Positions 14,101 through 29,100 of a stretch of DNA of 64,000 nucleotides are shown piece after piece (position 1 is the stretch's first letter; every line of letters begins with the position of its first letter). A program made the translations under genes and the position numbers. This DNA is from Nemertoderma westbladi. Lineage: Eukaryota; Animalia; Xenacoelomorpha. The DNA is taken from assembly GCA_032718475.1 (NCBI GenBank), contig JAUCBJ010008868.1:23248-87247 (forward strand), given 5' to 3'. The notes beneath the pieces are model-generated. The model had not been told where the DNA came from, did not search any database, and saw only the letters and a list, made by a program, of their open reading frames with translations.

Positions 14101-17100
14101 TAATGGAAGGGTTTACTGTGGAAGAGATCACCCATGGTGGTGAACAGGCATTCCTTTAGGGAACAGAGTGGAAGGGTTTACTGTGGAAGATCACCCATGG
14201 TGGTGAACAGGCATTCCTTTAGGGAACAGAGTGGAAGGGTTTACTGTGGAAGAGATCACCCATGGTGGTGAACAGGCATTCCTTTAGGAAACATAATGGA
14301 AGGGTTTACTGTGGAAGATCACCAATGGTGGTGAACAGGCATTCCTATAGGAAACATAATGGAAGGGTTTACTGTGGAAGAGATCACCCATGGTGGTGAA
14401 CAGGCATTCCTTTGGGAAACAGAGTGGAAGGGTTTACTGCGGAAGATCACCCATGGTGGTGAACAGGCATTCCTTTAGGAACGTGAGTGGAAGGGTTTAC
14501 TGTGGAAGATCACCCATGGTGGTGAACAGGCATTCCTTTAGGGAACAGAGTGGAAGGGTTTACTGTGGAAGAGATCACTCATGGTGGTGAACAGGCATTC
14601 CTTTGGGAAACAGAGTGGAAGGCTTTACTGTGGAAGATCACCAATGGTGGTGAACAGGCATTCCTTTAGGAAACATAATGGAAGGGTTTACTGTGGAAGA
14701 GATCACCCATGGTGGTGAACAGGCATTCCTTTGGGAAACAGAGTGGAAGGCTTTACTGTGGAAGATCACCAATGGTGGTGAACAGGCATTCCTTTAGGAA
14801 ACATAATGGAAGGGTTTACTGTGGAAGATCACCCATGGTGGTGAACAGGCATTCCTTTAGGAAACATAATGGAAGGGTTTACTGTGGAAGAGATCACCCA
14901 TGGTGGTAAACAGGCATTCCTTTAGGAACCAGAGTGGAAGGGTTTACTGTGGAAGATCACCCATTGTGGTGAACAGGCATTCCTTTAGGAAACAGAGTGG
15001 AAGGGTTTACTGTGGAAGAGATCACCCATGGTGGTGAACAGGCATTCCTTTAGGGAACAGAGTGGAAGGGTTTACTGAGGAAGATCACTCATGGTGGTGA
15101 ACAGGCATTCCTTTGGGAAACAGAGTGGAAGGGTTTACTGCGGAAGATCACCCATGGTGGTGAACAGGCATTCCTTTAGGAACCAGAGTGGAAGGGTTTA
15201 TTGTGGAAGAGATCACCCATGGTAGTGAACAGGCATTCCTTTAGGAAACAGAGTGGAAGGGTTTACTGTGGAAGATCACCCATGGTGGTGAACAGGCATT
15301 CCTTTAGGAAACACAATGGAAGGGTTTACTGTGGAAGAGATCACCCATGGTGGTGAACAGGCATTCCTTTAGGAACCAGAGTGGAAGGGTTTACTGTGGA
15401 AGATCACCCATGGTGGTGAACAGGCATTCCTTTGGGAAACAGAGTGGAAGGGTTTACTGTGGAAGATCACCCATGGTGGTGAACAGACATTCCTTTAGGA
15501 ACCAGAGTGGAAGGGTTTACTGTGGAAGATCACCCATGGTGGTGAACAGACATTCCTTTAGGAACCAGAGTGGAAGGGTTTACTGTGGAAGATCACCCAT
15601 GGTGGTGAACAGGCATTCCTTTAGGAAACAGAGTGGAAGGGTTTACTGTGGAAGATCACCCATGGTGGTGAACAGACATTCCTTTAGGAACCAGAGTGGA
15701 AGGGTTTACTGTGGAAGATCACCCATGGTGGTGAACAGACATTCCTTTAGGAACCAGAGTGGAAGGGTTTACTGTGGAAGATCACCCATGGTGGTGAACA
15801 GGCATTCCTTTAGGAAACACAATGGAAGGGTTTACTGTGGAAGAGATCACCCATGGTGGTGAACAGGCATTCCTTTAGGAAACAGAGTGGAAGGGTTTAC
15901 TGTGGAAGATCACCCATGGTGGTGAACAGACATTCCTTTAGGAACCAGAGTGGAAGGGTTTACTGTGGAAGATCACCCATGGTGGTGAACAGGCATTCCT
16001 TTAGGAAACAGATTGGAAGGGTTTACTGTGGAAGATCACCCGTGGTGGTGAACAGGCATTCCTTTAGGAAACACAATGGAAGGGTTTACTGTGGAAGAGA
16101 TCACCCATGGTGGTGAACAGGCATTGCTTTAGGAAACAGAGTGGAAGGGTTTACTGAGGAAGATCACCCATGGTGGTGAACAGGCATTCCTTTAGGAAAC
16201 ACAATGGAAGGGTTTACTGTGGAAGAGATCACCCATGGTGGTGAACAGGCATTCCTTTAGGAAACAGAGTGGAAGGGTTTAATGTGGAAGATCACCCATG
16301 GTGGTGAACAGGCATTCCTTTAGGATACAGAGTGGAAGGGTTTACTGTGGAAGATCACCCATGGTGATGAACAGGCATTCCTTTGGGAAACAGAGTGGAA
16401 GGGTTTACTGCGGAAGATCACCCATGGTGGTGAACAGGCATTCCTTTAGGAACCAGAGTGGAAGGGTTTACTGCGGAAGATCACCCATGGTGGTGAACAG
16501 GCATTCCTTTAGGAACCAGAGTGGAAGGGTTTATTGTGGAAGAGATCACCCATGGTAGTGAACAGGCATTCCTTTAGGAAACAGAGTGGAAGGGTTTACT
16601 GTGGAAGATCACCCATGGTGGTGAACAGGCATTCCTTTAGGAAACACAATGGAAGGGTTTACTGTGGAAGAGATCACCCATGGTGGTGAACAGGCATTCC
16701 TTTAGGAACCAGAGTGGAAGGGATTACTGTGGAAGATCACCCATGGTGGTGAACAGGCATTCCTTTGGGAAACAGAGTGGAAGGGTTTACTGTGGAAGAT
16801 CACCCATAGTGGTGAACAGACATTCCTTTAGGAACCAGAGTGGAAGGGTTTACTGTGGAAGATCACCCATGGTGGTGAACAGACATTCCTTTAGGAACCA
16901 GAGTGGAAGGGTTTACTGTGGAAGATCACCCATGGTGGTGAACAGGCATTCCTTTAGGAAACAGAGTGGAAGGGTTTACTGTGGAAGATCACCCATGGTG
17001 GTGAACAGACATTCCTTTAGGAACCAGAGTGGAAGGGTTTACTGTGGAAGATCACCCATGGTGGTGAACAGACATTCCTTTAGGAACCAGAGTGGAAGGG

Positions 17101-20100
17101 TTTACTGTGGAAGATCACCCATGGTGGTGAACAGGCATTCCTTTAGGAAACACAATGGAAGGGTTTACTGTGGAAGAGATCACCCATGGTGGTGAACAGG
17201 CATTCCTTTAGGAAACAGAGTGGAAGGGTTTACTGTGGAAGATCACCCATGGTGGTGAACAGACATTCCTTTAGGAACCAGAGTGGAAGGGTTTACTGTG
17301 GAAGATCACCCATGGTGGTGAACAGGCATTCCTTTAGGAAACACAATGGAAGGGTTTACTGTGGAAGAGATCACCCATGGTGGTGAACAGGCATTCCTTT
17401 GGGAAACAGAGTGGAAGGGTTTACTGCGGAAGATCACCCATGGTGGTGAACAGGCATTCCTTTAGGAACCAGAGTGGAAGGGTTTACTGTGGAAGATCAC
17501 CCATGGTGGTGAACAGGCATTCCTTTAGGAACCAGAGTGGAAGGGTTTACTGTGGAAGATCACCCATGGTGGTGAACAGGCATTCCTTTAGGAACCAGAG
17601 TGGAAGGGTTTATTGTGGAAGAGATCACCCATGGTGGTGAACAGGCATTCCTTTAGGGAACAGAGTGGAAGGGTTTACTGTGGAAGATCACCCATGGTGG
17701 TGAACAGGCATTCCTTTAGGAAACATAATGGAAGGGTTTACTGTGGAAGATCACCCATGGTGGTGAACAGGCATTCCTTTAGGGAACAGAGTGGAAGGGT
17801 TTACTGTGGAAGATCACCCATGGTGGTGAACAGGCATTCCTTTAGGAAACAGAGTAGAAGGGTTTACTGTGGAAGAGATCACCCATGGTGGTGAACAGGC
17901 ATTCCTTTAGGGAACAGAGTGGAAGGGTTTACTGTGGAAGATCACCCATGGTGGTGAACAGGCATTCCTTTAGGGAACAGAGTGGAAGGGTTTACTGTGG
18001 AAGAGATCACCCATGGTGGTGAACAGGCATTCCTTTAGGGAACAGAGTGGAAGGGTTTACTGTGGAAGATCACCCATGGTGGTGAACAGGCATTCCTTTA
18101 GGAAACAGAGTGGAAGGGTTTACTGTGGAAGAGATCACCCATGGTGGTGAACAGGCATTCCTTTAGGGAACAGAGTGGAAGGGTTTACTGTGGAAGATCA
18201 CCCATGGTGGTGAACAGGCATTCCTTTAGGAAACAGAGTGGAAGGGTTTACTGTGGAAGATCACCCATGGTGGTGAACAGGCATTCCTTTAGGAAACAGA
18301 GTGGAAGGGTTTACTGTGGAAGATCACCCATAGTGGTGAACAGGCATTCCTTTAGGAAGCAGAGTGGAAGGGTTTACTGTGGAAGAGATCACCCATGGTG
18401 GTGAACAGGCATTCCTTTAGGGAACAGAGGGGAAGGGTTTACTGTGGAAGATATCACCCATGGTGGTGAACAGGCATTCCTTTAGGGAACAGAGTGGAAG
18501 GGTTTACTGTGGAAGATCACCCATGGTGGTGAACAGGCATTCCTTTAGGAAACAGAGTGGAAGAGTTTACTGTGGAAGAGATCACCCATGGTGGTGAACA
18601 GGCATTCTTTTAGGGAACAGAGTGGAAGGGTTTACTGTGGAAGATCACCCATGGTGGTGAACAGGCATTCCTTTAGGGAACAGAGTGTAAGGGTTTACTG
18701 TGGAAGATCACCCATGGTGGTGAACAGGCATTCCTTTAAGAAACAGAGTGGAAGGCTTTACTGTGGAAGATCACCCATGGTGGTGAACAGGCATTCCTTT
18801 TGGAAACAGAGTGGAAGGGTTTACTGTGGAAGAGATCACCCATGGTGGTGAACAGGCATTCCTTTAGGGAACAGAGTGGAAGGGTTTACTGTGGAAGATC
18901 ACCCATGGTGGTGAACAGGCATTCCTTTAGGAACCAGAGTGGAAGGGTTTATTGTGGAAGAGATCACCCATGGTGGTGAACAGGCATTCCTTTAGGGAAC
19001 AGAGTGGAAGGGTTTACTGTGGAAGATCACCCATGGTGGTGAACAGGCATTCCTTTAGGAACCAGAGTGGAAGGGTTTATTGTGGAAGAGATCACCCATG
19101 GTGGTGAACAGGCATTCCTTTTGGAAACAGAATGGAAGGGTTTACAGTGGAAGATCACCAATGGTGGTGAACAGGCATTCCTTTTGGAAACAGAATGGAA
19201 GGGTTTACTGTGGAAGAGATCACCCATGGTGGTGAACAGGCATTCCTTTAGGGAACAGAGTGGAAGGGTTTACTGTGGAAGATCACCCATGGTGGTGAAC
19301 AGGCATTCCTTTAGGAAACAGAGTGGAAGAGTTTACTGTGGAAGAGATCACCCATGGTGGTGAACAGGCATTCTTTTAGGGAACAGAGTGGAAGGGTTTA
19401 CTGTGGAAGATCACCCATGGTGGTGAACAGGCATTCCTTTAGGGAACAGAGTGTAAGGGTTTACTGTGGAAGATCACCCATGGTGGTGAACAGGCATTCC
19501 TTTAAGAAACAGAGTGGAAGGCTTTACTGTGGAAGATCACCCATGGTGGTGAACAGGCATTCCTTTTGGAAACAGAGTGGAAGGGTTTACTGTGGAAGAG
19601 ATCACCCATGGTGGTGAACAGGCATTCCTTTAGGGAACAGAGTGGAAGGGTTTACTGTGGAAGATCACCCATGGTGGTGAACAGGCATTCCTTTAGGAAC
19701 CAGAGTGGAAGGGTTTATTGTGGAAGAGATCACCCATGGTGGTGAACAGGCATTCCTTTAGGGAACAGAGTGGAAGGGTTTACTGTGGAAGATCACCCAT
19801 GGTGGTGAACAGGCATTCCTTTAGGAACCAGAGTGGAAGGGTTTATTGTGGAAGAGATCACCCATGGTGGTGAACAGGCATTCCTTTTGGAAACAGAATG
19901 GAAGGGTTTACAGTGGAAGATCACCAATGGTGGTGAACAGGCATTCCTTTTGGAAACAGAATGGAAGGGTTTACTGTGGAAGATCACCCATGGTGGTGAA
20001 CAGGCATTCCTTTAGGAACCAGAGTGGAAGGGTTTATTGTGGAAGAGATCACCCATGGTGGTGAACAGGCATTCCTTTTGGAAACAGAATGGAAGGGTTT

Positions 20101-23100
20101 ACTGTGGAAGATCACCCATGGTGGTGAACAGGCATTCCTTTAGGAACCAGAGTGGAAGGGTTTACTGTGGAAGAGATCACCCATGGTGGTGAACAGGCAT
20201 TCCTTTTGGAAACAGAATGGAAGGGTTTACAGTGGAAGATCACCAATGGTGGTGAACAGGCATTCCTTTGGGAAACAGAGTGGAAGGGTTTACTGTGGAA
20301 GATCACCCATGGTGGTGAACAGGCATTCCTTTAGGAACGAGAGTGGAAGGGTTTACTGTGGAAGATCACCCATGGTTTGTGAACAGGCATTCCTTTAGGA
20401 ACGAGAGTGGAAGGGTTTACTGTGGAAGATCACCCATGGTGGTGAACAGGCATTCCTTTAGGAAACAGAATGGAAGGGTTTACTGTGGAAGATCAACCAT
20501 GGTGGTGAACAGGCATTCCTTTAGGAACCAGAGTGGAAGGGTTTACTGTGGAAGATCACCAATGGTGGTGAACAGGCATTCCTTTAGGAACGAGAGTGGA
20601 AGGGTTTACTGTGGAAGATCACCCATGGTGGTGAACAGGCATTCCTTTAGGAAACAGAGTGGAAGGGTTTACTGTGGAAGATCACCCATGGTGGTGAACA
20701 GGCATTCCTTTTGGAAACAGAATGAAAGGGTTTACAGTGGAAGATCACCAATGGTGGTGAACAGGCATTCCTTTAGGAAACAGAGTGGAAGGGTTTACTG
20801 TGGAAGAGATCACCCATGGCGGTGAACAGACATTCCTTTGGGAAACAGAGTGGAAGGGTTTACTGTGGAAGATCACCCATGGTGGTGAACAGGCATTCCT
20901 TTAAGAAACAGAGTGGAAGGGTTTACTGTGGAAGATCACCAATGGTGGTGAACAGGCATTCCTTTAGGAACGAGAGTGGAAGGGTTTACTGTGGAAGATC
21001 ACCCATGGTGGTGAACAGGCATTCCTTTTGGAAACAGAATGAAAGGGTTTACAGTGGAAGATCACCAATGGTGGTGAACAGGCATTCCTTTGGGAAACAG
21101 AGTGGAAGGGTTTACTGTGGAAGATCACCCATGGTGGTGAACAGGCATTCCTTTAGGGAACAGAGTGGAAGGATTTACTGTGGAAGATCACCAATGGTGG
21201 TGAACAGGCATTCCTTTGGGAAACAGAGTGGAAGGGTTTACTGTGGAAGATCACCAATGGTGGTGAACAGGCATTCCTTTAGGAACGAGAGTGGAAGGGT
21301 TTACTGTGGAAGATCACCAATGGTGGTGAACAGGCATTCCTTTAGGAACGAGAGTGGAAGGGTTTACTGTGGAAGATCACCCATGGTGGTGAACAGGCAT
21401 TCCTTTTGGAAACAGAATGAAAGGGTTTACAGTGGAAGATCACCAATGGTGGTGAACAGGCATTCCTTTGGGAAACAGAGTGGAGGGGAGTACTGTGGAA
21501 GATCACCCATGGTAGTGAACAGGCATTCCTTTAGGAACCAGAGTGGAAGGGTTTACTGTGGAAGATCACCCATGGTGGTGAACAGGCATTCCTTTTGGAA
21601 ACAGAATGAAAGGGTTTACAGTGGAAGATCACCAATGGTGGTGAACAGGCATTCCTTTGGGAAACAGAGTGGAAGGGTTTACTGTGGAAGATCACCCATG
21701 GTGGTGAACAGGCATTCCTTTTGGAAACAGAATGAAAGGGTTTACAGTGGAAGATCACCAATGGTGGTGAACAGGCATTCCTTTGGGAAACAGAGTGGAA
21801 GGGTTTACTGTGGAAGATCACCCATGGTGGTGAACAGGCATTCCTTTAGGAACGAGAGTGGAAGGGTTTACTGTGGAAGATCACCCATGGTGGTGAACAG
21901 CCATTCCTTTAGGAAACAGAGTGGAAGGGTTTACTGTGGAAGATCACCCATGGTGGTGAACAGGCATTCCTTTAGGAAACAGAGTGGAAGGGTTTACTGT
22001 GGAAGAGATCACCCATGGTGGTGAACAGGCATTCCTTTAGGAAACAGAATGGAAGGGTTTACTGTGGAAGATCACCCATGGTGGTGAACAGGCATTCCTT
22101 TAGGAACCAGAGTGGAAGGGTTTACTGTGGAAGATCACCCATGGTGGTGAACAGGCATTCCTTTAGGAACGAGAGTGGAAGGGTTTACTGTAGAAGATCA
22201 CCCATGGTGGTGAACAGGCATTCCTTTAGGAAACAGAGTAGAAGGGTTTACTGTGGAAGATCACCCATGCTGGTGAACAGGCATTCCTTTAGGAACGAGA
22301 GTGGAAGGGTTTACTGTGGAAGATCACCCATGGTGGTGAACAGGCATTCCTTTAGGAAACAAATGGAAGGGATTACTGTGGAAGATCACCCATGGTGGTG
22401 AACAGGCATTCCTTTAGGAACGAGAGTGGAAGGGTTTACTGTGGAAGATCACCAATGGTGGTGAACAGGCATGCCTTTAGGAAACAGAGTGGAGGGGTTT
22501 ACTGTGGAAGATCACCCATGGTAGTGAACAGGCATTCCTTTAGGAACCAGAGTGGAAGGGTTAACTGTGGAAGATCTCCCAACGTGGTGGACAGGCATTC
22601 CTTTAGGAAACAGAGTGGAAGGGTTTACTGTTGAAGATCACCCATGGTGGTGAACAGACATTCCTTTAGGAACCAGAGTGGAAGGGTTTACTGTGGAAGA
22701 TCACCCATGGTGGTGAACAGGCATTCCTTTAGGAAACACAATGGAAGGGTTTACTGTGGAAGAGATCACCCATGGTGGTGAACAGGCATTCCTTTAGGAA
22801 ACATAATGGAAGGGTTTACTGTGGAAGAGATCACCCATGGTGGTGAACAGGCATTCCTTTGGGAAACAGAGTGGAAGGGTTTACTGCGGAAGATCACCCA
22901 TGGTGGTGAACAGGCATTCCTTTAGGAACCAGAGTGGAAGGGTTTATTGTGGAAGAGATCACCCATGGTGGTAAACAGGCATTCCTTTAGGAAACAGAGT
23001 GGAAGGGTTTACTGTGGAAGATCACCCATAGTGGTGAACAGGCATTCCTTTAGGAACCAGAGTGGAAGGGTTTATTGTGGAAGAGATCACCCATGGTGGT

Positions 23101-26100
23101 GAACAGGCATTCCTTTAGGGAACAGAGTGGAAGGGTTTACTGTGGAAGATCACCCATGGTGGTGAACAGGCATTCCTTTAGGAACCAGAGTGGAAGGGTT
23201 TATTGTGGAAGAGATCACCCATGGTGGTGAACAGGCATTCCTTTAGGGAACAGAGTGGAAGGGTTTACTGTGGAAGATCACCCATGGTGGTGAACAGGCA
23301 TTCCTTTAGGGAACAGAGTGGAAGGGTTTACTGTGGAAGATCACCCATAGTGGTGAACAGGCATTCCTTTAGGGAACAGAGTGGAAGGGTTTACTGTGGA
23401 AGATCACCCATGGTGGTGAACAGGCATTCCTTTAGGAACCAGAGTGGAAGGGTTTATTGTGGAAGAGATCACCCATGGTGGTGAACAGGCATTCCTTTAG
23501 GGAACAGAGTGGAAGGGTTTACTGTGGAAGATCACCCATGGTGGTGAACAGGCATTCCTTTAGGGAACAGAGTGGAAGGGTTTACTGTGGAAGAGATCAC
23601 CCATGGTGGTGAACAGGCATTCCTTTAGGGAACAGAGTGGAAGGGTTTACTGTGGAAGATCACCCATGGTGGTGAACAGGCATTCCTTTAGGGAACAGAG
23701 TGGAAGGGTTTACTGTGGAAGATCACCAATGGTGATGGACAGGCATTCCTTTAGGAAACAGAGTGGAAGGGTTTACTGTGGAAGAGATCACCCATGGTGG
23801 TGAACAGGCATTCCGTTAGGAAACAGAGTGGAAGGGTTTACTGTGGAAGATCACCCATGGTGGTGAACAGGCATTCCTTTAGGAACCAGAGTGGAAGGGT
23901 TTACTGTGGAAGATCACCCATGGTGGTGAACAGGCATTCCTTTAGGGAACAGAGTGGAAGGGTTTACTGTGGAAGATCACCCATGGTGGTGAACAGGCAT
24001 TCCTTTTGGAAACAGAGTGGAAGGGTTTACTGTGGAAGAGATCACCCATGGTGGTGAACAGGCATTCCTTTAGGGAACAGAGTGGAAGGGTTTACTGTGG
24101 AAGATCACCCATGGTGGTGAACAGGCATTCCTTTAGGAACCAGAGTGGAAGGGTTTACTGTGGAAGATCACCCATGGTGGTGAACAGGCATTCCTTTAGG
24201 GAACAGAGTGGAAGGCTTTACTGTGGAAGATCACCCATGGTGGTGAACAGGCATTCCTTTAGGGAACAGAGTGGAAGGGTTTACTGTGGAAGATCACCCA
24301 TGGTGGTGAACAGGCATTCCTTTAGGAACCAGAGTGGAAGGGTTTACTGTGGAAGATCACCCATGGTGGTGAACAGGCATTCCTTTAAGAAACAGAGTGG
24401 AAGGCTTTACTGTGGAAGATCACCCATGGTGGTGAACAGGCATTCCTTTAGGAAACAGAGTGTAAGGGTTTACTGTGGAAGATCACCCATGGTGGTGAAC
24501 AGGCATTCCTTTAGGGAACAGAGTGGAAGGGTTTACTGTGGAAGATCACCCATGGTGGTGAACAGGCATTCCTTTAGGGAACAGAGTGTAAGGGTTTACC
24601 GTGGAAGATCACCCATGGTGGTGAACAGGCATTCCTTTAAGAAACAGAGTGGAAGGCTTTACTGTGGAAGATCACCCATGGTGGTGAACAGGCATTCCTT
24701 TAGGGAACAGAGTGGAAGGGTTTACTGTGGAAGATCACCCATGGTGGTGAACAGGCATTCCTTTAGGGAACAGAGTGGAAGGGTTTACTGTGGAAGAGAT
24801 CACCCATGGTGGTGAACAGGCATTCCTTTAGGGAACAGAGTGGAAGGGTTTACTGTGGAAGATCACCCATGGTGGTGAACAGGCATTCCTTTAGGAACCA
24901 GAGTGGAAGGGTTTACTGTGGAAGATCACCCATGGTGGTGAACAGGCATTCCTTTAGGGAACAGAGTGTAAGGGTTTACTGTGGAAGATCACCCATGGTG
25001 GTGAACAGGCATTCCTTTAAGAAACAGAGATGAAGGCTTTACTGTGGAAGATCACCCATGGTGGTGAACAGGCATTCCTTTAGGGAACAGAGTGGAAGGG
25101 TTTACTGTGGAAGATCACCCATGGTGGTGAACAGGCATTCCTTTAGGAACCAGAGTGGAAGGGTTTACTGTGGAAGATCACCCATGGTGGTGAACAGGCA
25201 TTCCTTTAGGAACCAGAGTGGAAGGGTTTATTGTGGAAGAGATCACCCATGGTGGTGAACAGGCATTCCTTTTGGAAACAGAATGGAAGGGTTTACAGTG
25301 GAAGATCACCAATGGTGGTGAACAGGCATTCCTTTAGGAACCAGAGTGGAAGGGTTTACTGTGGAAGAGATCACCCATGGTGGTGAACAGGCATTCCTTT
25401 TGGAAACAGAATGGAAGGGTTTACAGTGGAAGATCACCAATGGTGGTGAACAGGCATTCCTTTGGGAAACAGAGTGGAAGGGTTTACTGTGGAAGATCAC
25501 CCATGGTGGTGAACAGGCATTCCTTTAGGAACGAGAGTGGAAGGGTTTACTGTGGAAGATCACCCATGGTGGTGAACAGGCATTCCTTTAGGAACGAGAG
25601 TGGAAGGGTTTACTGAGGAAGATCACCCATGGTGGTGAACAGCCATTCCTTTAGGAAACAGAGGGAAGGGTTTACTGTGGAAGATCACCAATGGTGGTGA
25701 ACAGGCATTCCTTTAGGAAACAGAGTGGAGGGGTGTACTGTGGAAGATCACCCATGGTAGTGAACAGGCATTCCTTTGGGAACCAGAGTGGAAGGGTTTA
25801 ATGTGGAAGACCAGCCATGGTGGTGGACAGGCATTCCTTTAGGAAACAGAGTGGAAGGGTTTACTGTGGAAGATCACCCATGGTGGTGAACAGGCATTCC
25901 TTTAGGAACCAGACTGGAAGGGTTTACTGTGGAAGATCACCCATGGTGGTGAACAGGCATTCCTTTAGGAACCAGAGTGGAAGGGTTAACTGTGGAAGAT
26001 CACCCATGGTGGTGAACAGGCATTCCTTTAGGAAACAGAGTGGAAGGGTTTACTGAGGAAGAGATCACCCATGGTGGTGAAAAGGCATTCCTTTAGGAAA

Positions 26101-29100
26101 CAGAATGGAAGGGTTTACTGTGGAAGATCACCCATGGTAGTGAACAGGCATTCCTTCAGGAACCAGAGTGGAAGGGTTTACTGTGGAAGATCACCCATGG
26201 TGGTGAACCGACATTCCTTTAGGAACGAGAGTGGAAGGGTTTACTGTAGAAGTTCACCCGTGGTGGTGAACAGGCATTCCTTTAGGAAACAGAGTGGAAG
26301 GGTTTACTGAGGAAGAGATCACCCATGGTGGTGAAAAGGCATTCCTTTAGGAAACAGAATGGAAGGGTTTACTGTGGAAGATCACCCATGGTGGTGAACA
26401 GGCATTCCTTTAGGAACCAGAGTGGAAGGGTTTACTGTGGAAGATCACCCATGGTGGTGAACAGACATTCCTTTAGGAACGAGAGTGGAAGGGTTTACTG
26501 TAGAAGTTCACCCATGGTGGTGAACAGGCATTCCTTTAGGAAACAGAGTGGAAGGGTTTACTGAGGAAGAGATCACCCATGGTGGTGAAAAGGCATTCCT
26601 TTAGGAAACAGAATGGAAGGGTTTACTGTGGAAGATCACCCATGGTGGTGAACAGGCATTCCTTTAGGAACCAGAGTGGAAGGGTTTACTGTGGAAGATC
26701 ACCCATGGTGGTGAACAGGCATTCCTTTAGGAAACAGAGTGGAAGGGTTTACTGTGGAAGATCACCAATGGCGGAGAACAGGCATTCCTTTAGGAAACAG
26801 AGTGGAAGGGTTTACTGTGGAAGATCACCCATGGTGGTGAACAGGCATTCCTTTAGGAACCAGAGTGGAAGGGTTTATTGTGGAAGAGATCACCCATGGT
26901 GGTGAACAGGCATTCCTTTAGGAACCAGAGTGGAAGGGTTTATTGTGGAAGAGATCACCCATGGTGGTGAACAGGCATTCCTTTAGGGAACAGAGTGGAA
27001 GGGTTTACTGTGGAAGATCACCCATGGTGGTGAACAGGCATTCCTTTAGGAACCAGAGTGGAAGGGTTTATTGTGGAAGAGATCACCCATGGTGGTGAAC
27101 AGGCATTCCTTTAGGGAACAGAGTGGAAGGGTTTACTGTGGAAGATCACCCATGGTGGTGAACAGGCATTCCTTTAGGGAACAGAGTGGAAGGGTTTACG
27201 GTGGAAGATCACCCATAGTGGTGAACAGGCATTCCTTTAGGGAACAGAGTGGAAGGGTTTACTGTGGAAGATCACCCATGGTGGTGAACAGGCATTCCTT
27301 TAGGAACCAGAGTGGAAGGGTTTATTGTGGAAGAGATCACCCATGGTGGTGAACAGGCATTCCTTTAGGGAACAGAGTGGAAGGGTTTACTGTGGAAGAT
27401 CACCCATGGTGGTGAACAGGCATTCCTTTAGGGAACAGAGTGGAAGGGTTTACTGTGGAAGAGATCACCCATGGTGGTGAACAGGCATTCCTTTAGGGAA
27501 CAGAGTGGAAGGGTTTACTGTGGAAGATCACCCATGGTGGTGAACAGGCATTCCTTTAGGGAACAGAGTGGAAGGGTTTACTGTGGAAGATCACCAATGG
27601 TGATGGACAGGCATTCCTTTAGGAAACAGAGTGGAAGGGTTTACTGTGGAAGAGATCACCCATGGTGGTGAACAGGCATTCCGTTAGGAAACAGAGTGGA
27701 AGGGTTTACTGTGGAAGATCACCCATGGTGGTGAACAGGCATTCCTTTAGGAACCAGAGTGGAAGGGTTTACTGTGGAAGATCACCCATGGTGGTGAACA
27801 GGCATTCCTTTGGGAAACAGAGTGGAAGGGTTTACTGTGGAAGATCACCCATGGTGGTGAACAGGCATTCCTTTAGGAACGAGAGTGGAAGGGTTTACTG
27901 TGGAAGATCACCCATGGTGGTGAACAGGCATTCCTTTAGGAACGAGAGTGGAAGGGTTTACTGAGGAAGATCACCCATGGTGGTGAACAGCCATTCCTTT
28001 AGGAAACAGAGTGGAAGGGTTTACTGTGGAAGATCACCAATGGTGGTGAACAGGCATTCCTTTAGGAAACAGAGTGGAGGGGTGTACTGTGGAAGATCAC
28101 CCATGGTAGTGAACAGGCATTCCTTTGGGAACCAGAGTGGAAGGGTTTAATGTGGAAGACCACCCATGGTGGTGGACAGGCATTCCTTTAGGAAACAGAG
28201 TGGAAGGGTTTACTGTGGAAGATCACCCATGGTGGTGAACAGGCATTCCTTTAGGAACCAGACTGGAAGGGTTTACTGTGGAAGATCACCCATGGTGGTG
28301 AACAGGCATTCCTTTAGGAACCAGAGTGGAAGGGTTAACTGTGGAAGATCACCCATGGTGGTGAACAGGCATTCCTTTAGGAAACAGAGTGGAAGGGTTT
28401 ACTGAGGAAGAGATCACCCATGGTGGTGAAAAGGCATTCCTTTAGGAAACAGAATGGAAGGGTTTACTGTGGAAGATCACCCATGGTAGTGAACAGGCAT
28501 TCCTTCAGGAACCAGAGTGGAAGGGTTTACTGTGGAAGATCACCCATGGTGGTGAACCGACATTCCTTTAGGAACGAGAGTGGAAGGGTTTACTGTAGAA
28601 GTTCACCCGTGGTGGTGAACAGGCATTCCTTTAGGAAACAGAGTGGAAGGGTTTACTGAGGAAGAGATCACCCATGGTGGTGAAAAGGCATTCCTTTAGG
28701 AAACAGAATGGAAGGGTTTACTGTGGAAGATCACCCATGGTGGTGAACAGGCATTCCTTTAGGAACCAGAGTGGAAGGGTTTACTGTGGAAGATCACCCA
28801 TGGTGGTGAACAGACATTCCTTTAGGAACGAGAGTGGAAGGGTTTACTGTAGAAGTTCACCCATGGTGGTGAACAGGCATTCCTTTAGGAAACAGAGTGG
28901 AAGGGTTTACTGAGGAAGAGATCACCCATGGTGGTGAAAAGGCATTCCTTTAGGAAACAGAATGGAAGGGTTTACTGTGGAAGATCACCCATGGTGGTGA
29001 ACAGGCATTCCTTTAGGAACCAGAGTGGAAGGGTTTACTGTGGAAGATCACCCATGGTGGTGAACAGGCATTCCTTTAGGAAACAGAGTGGAAGGGTTTA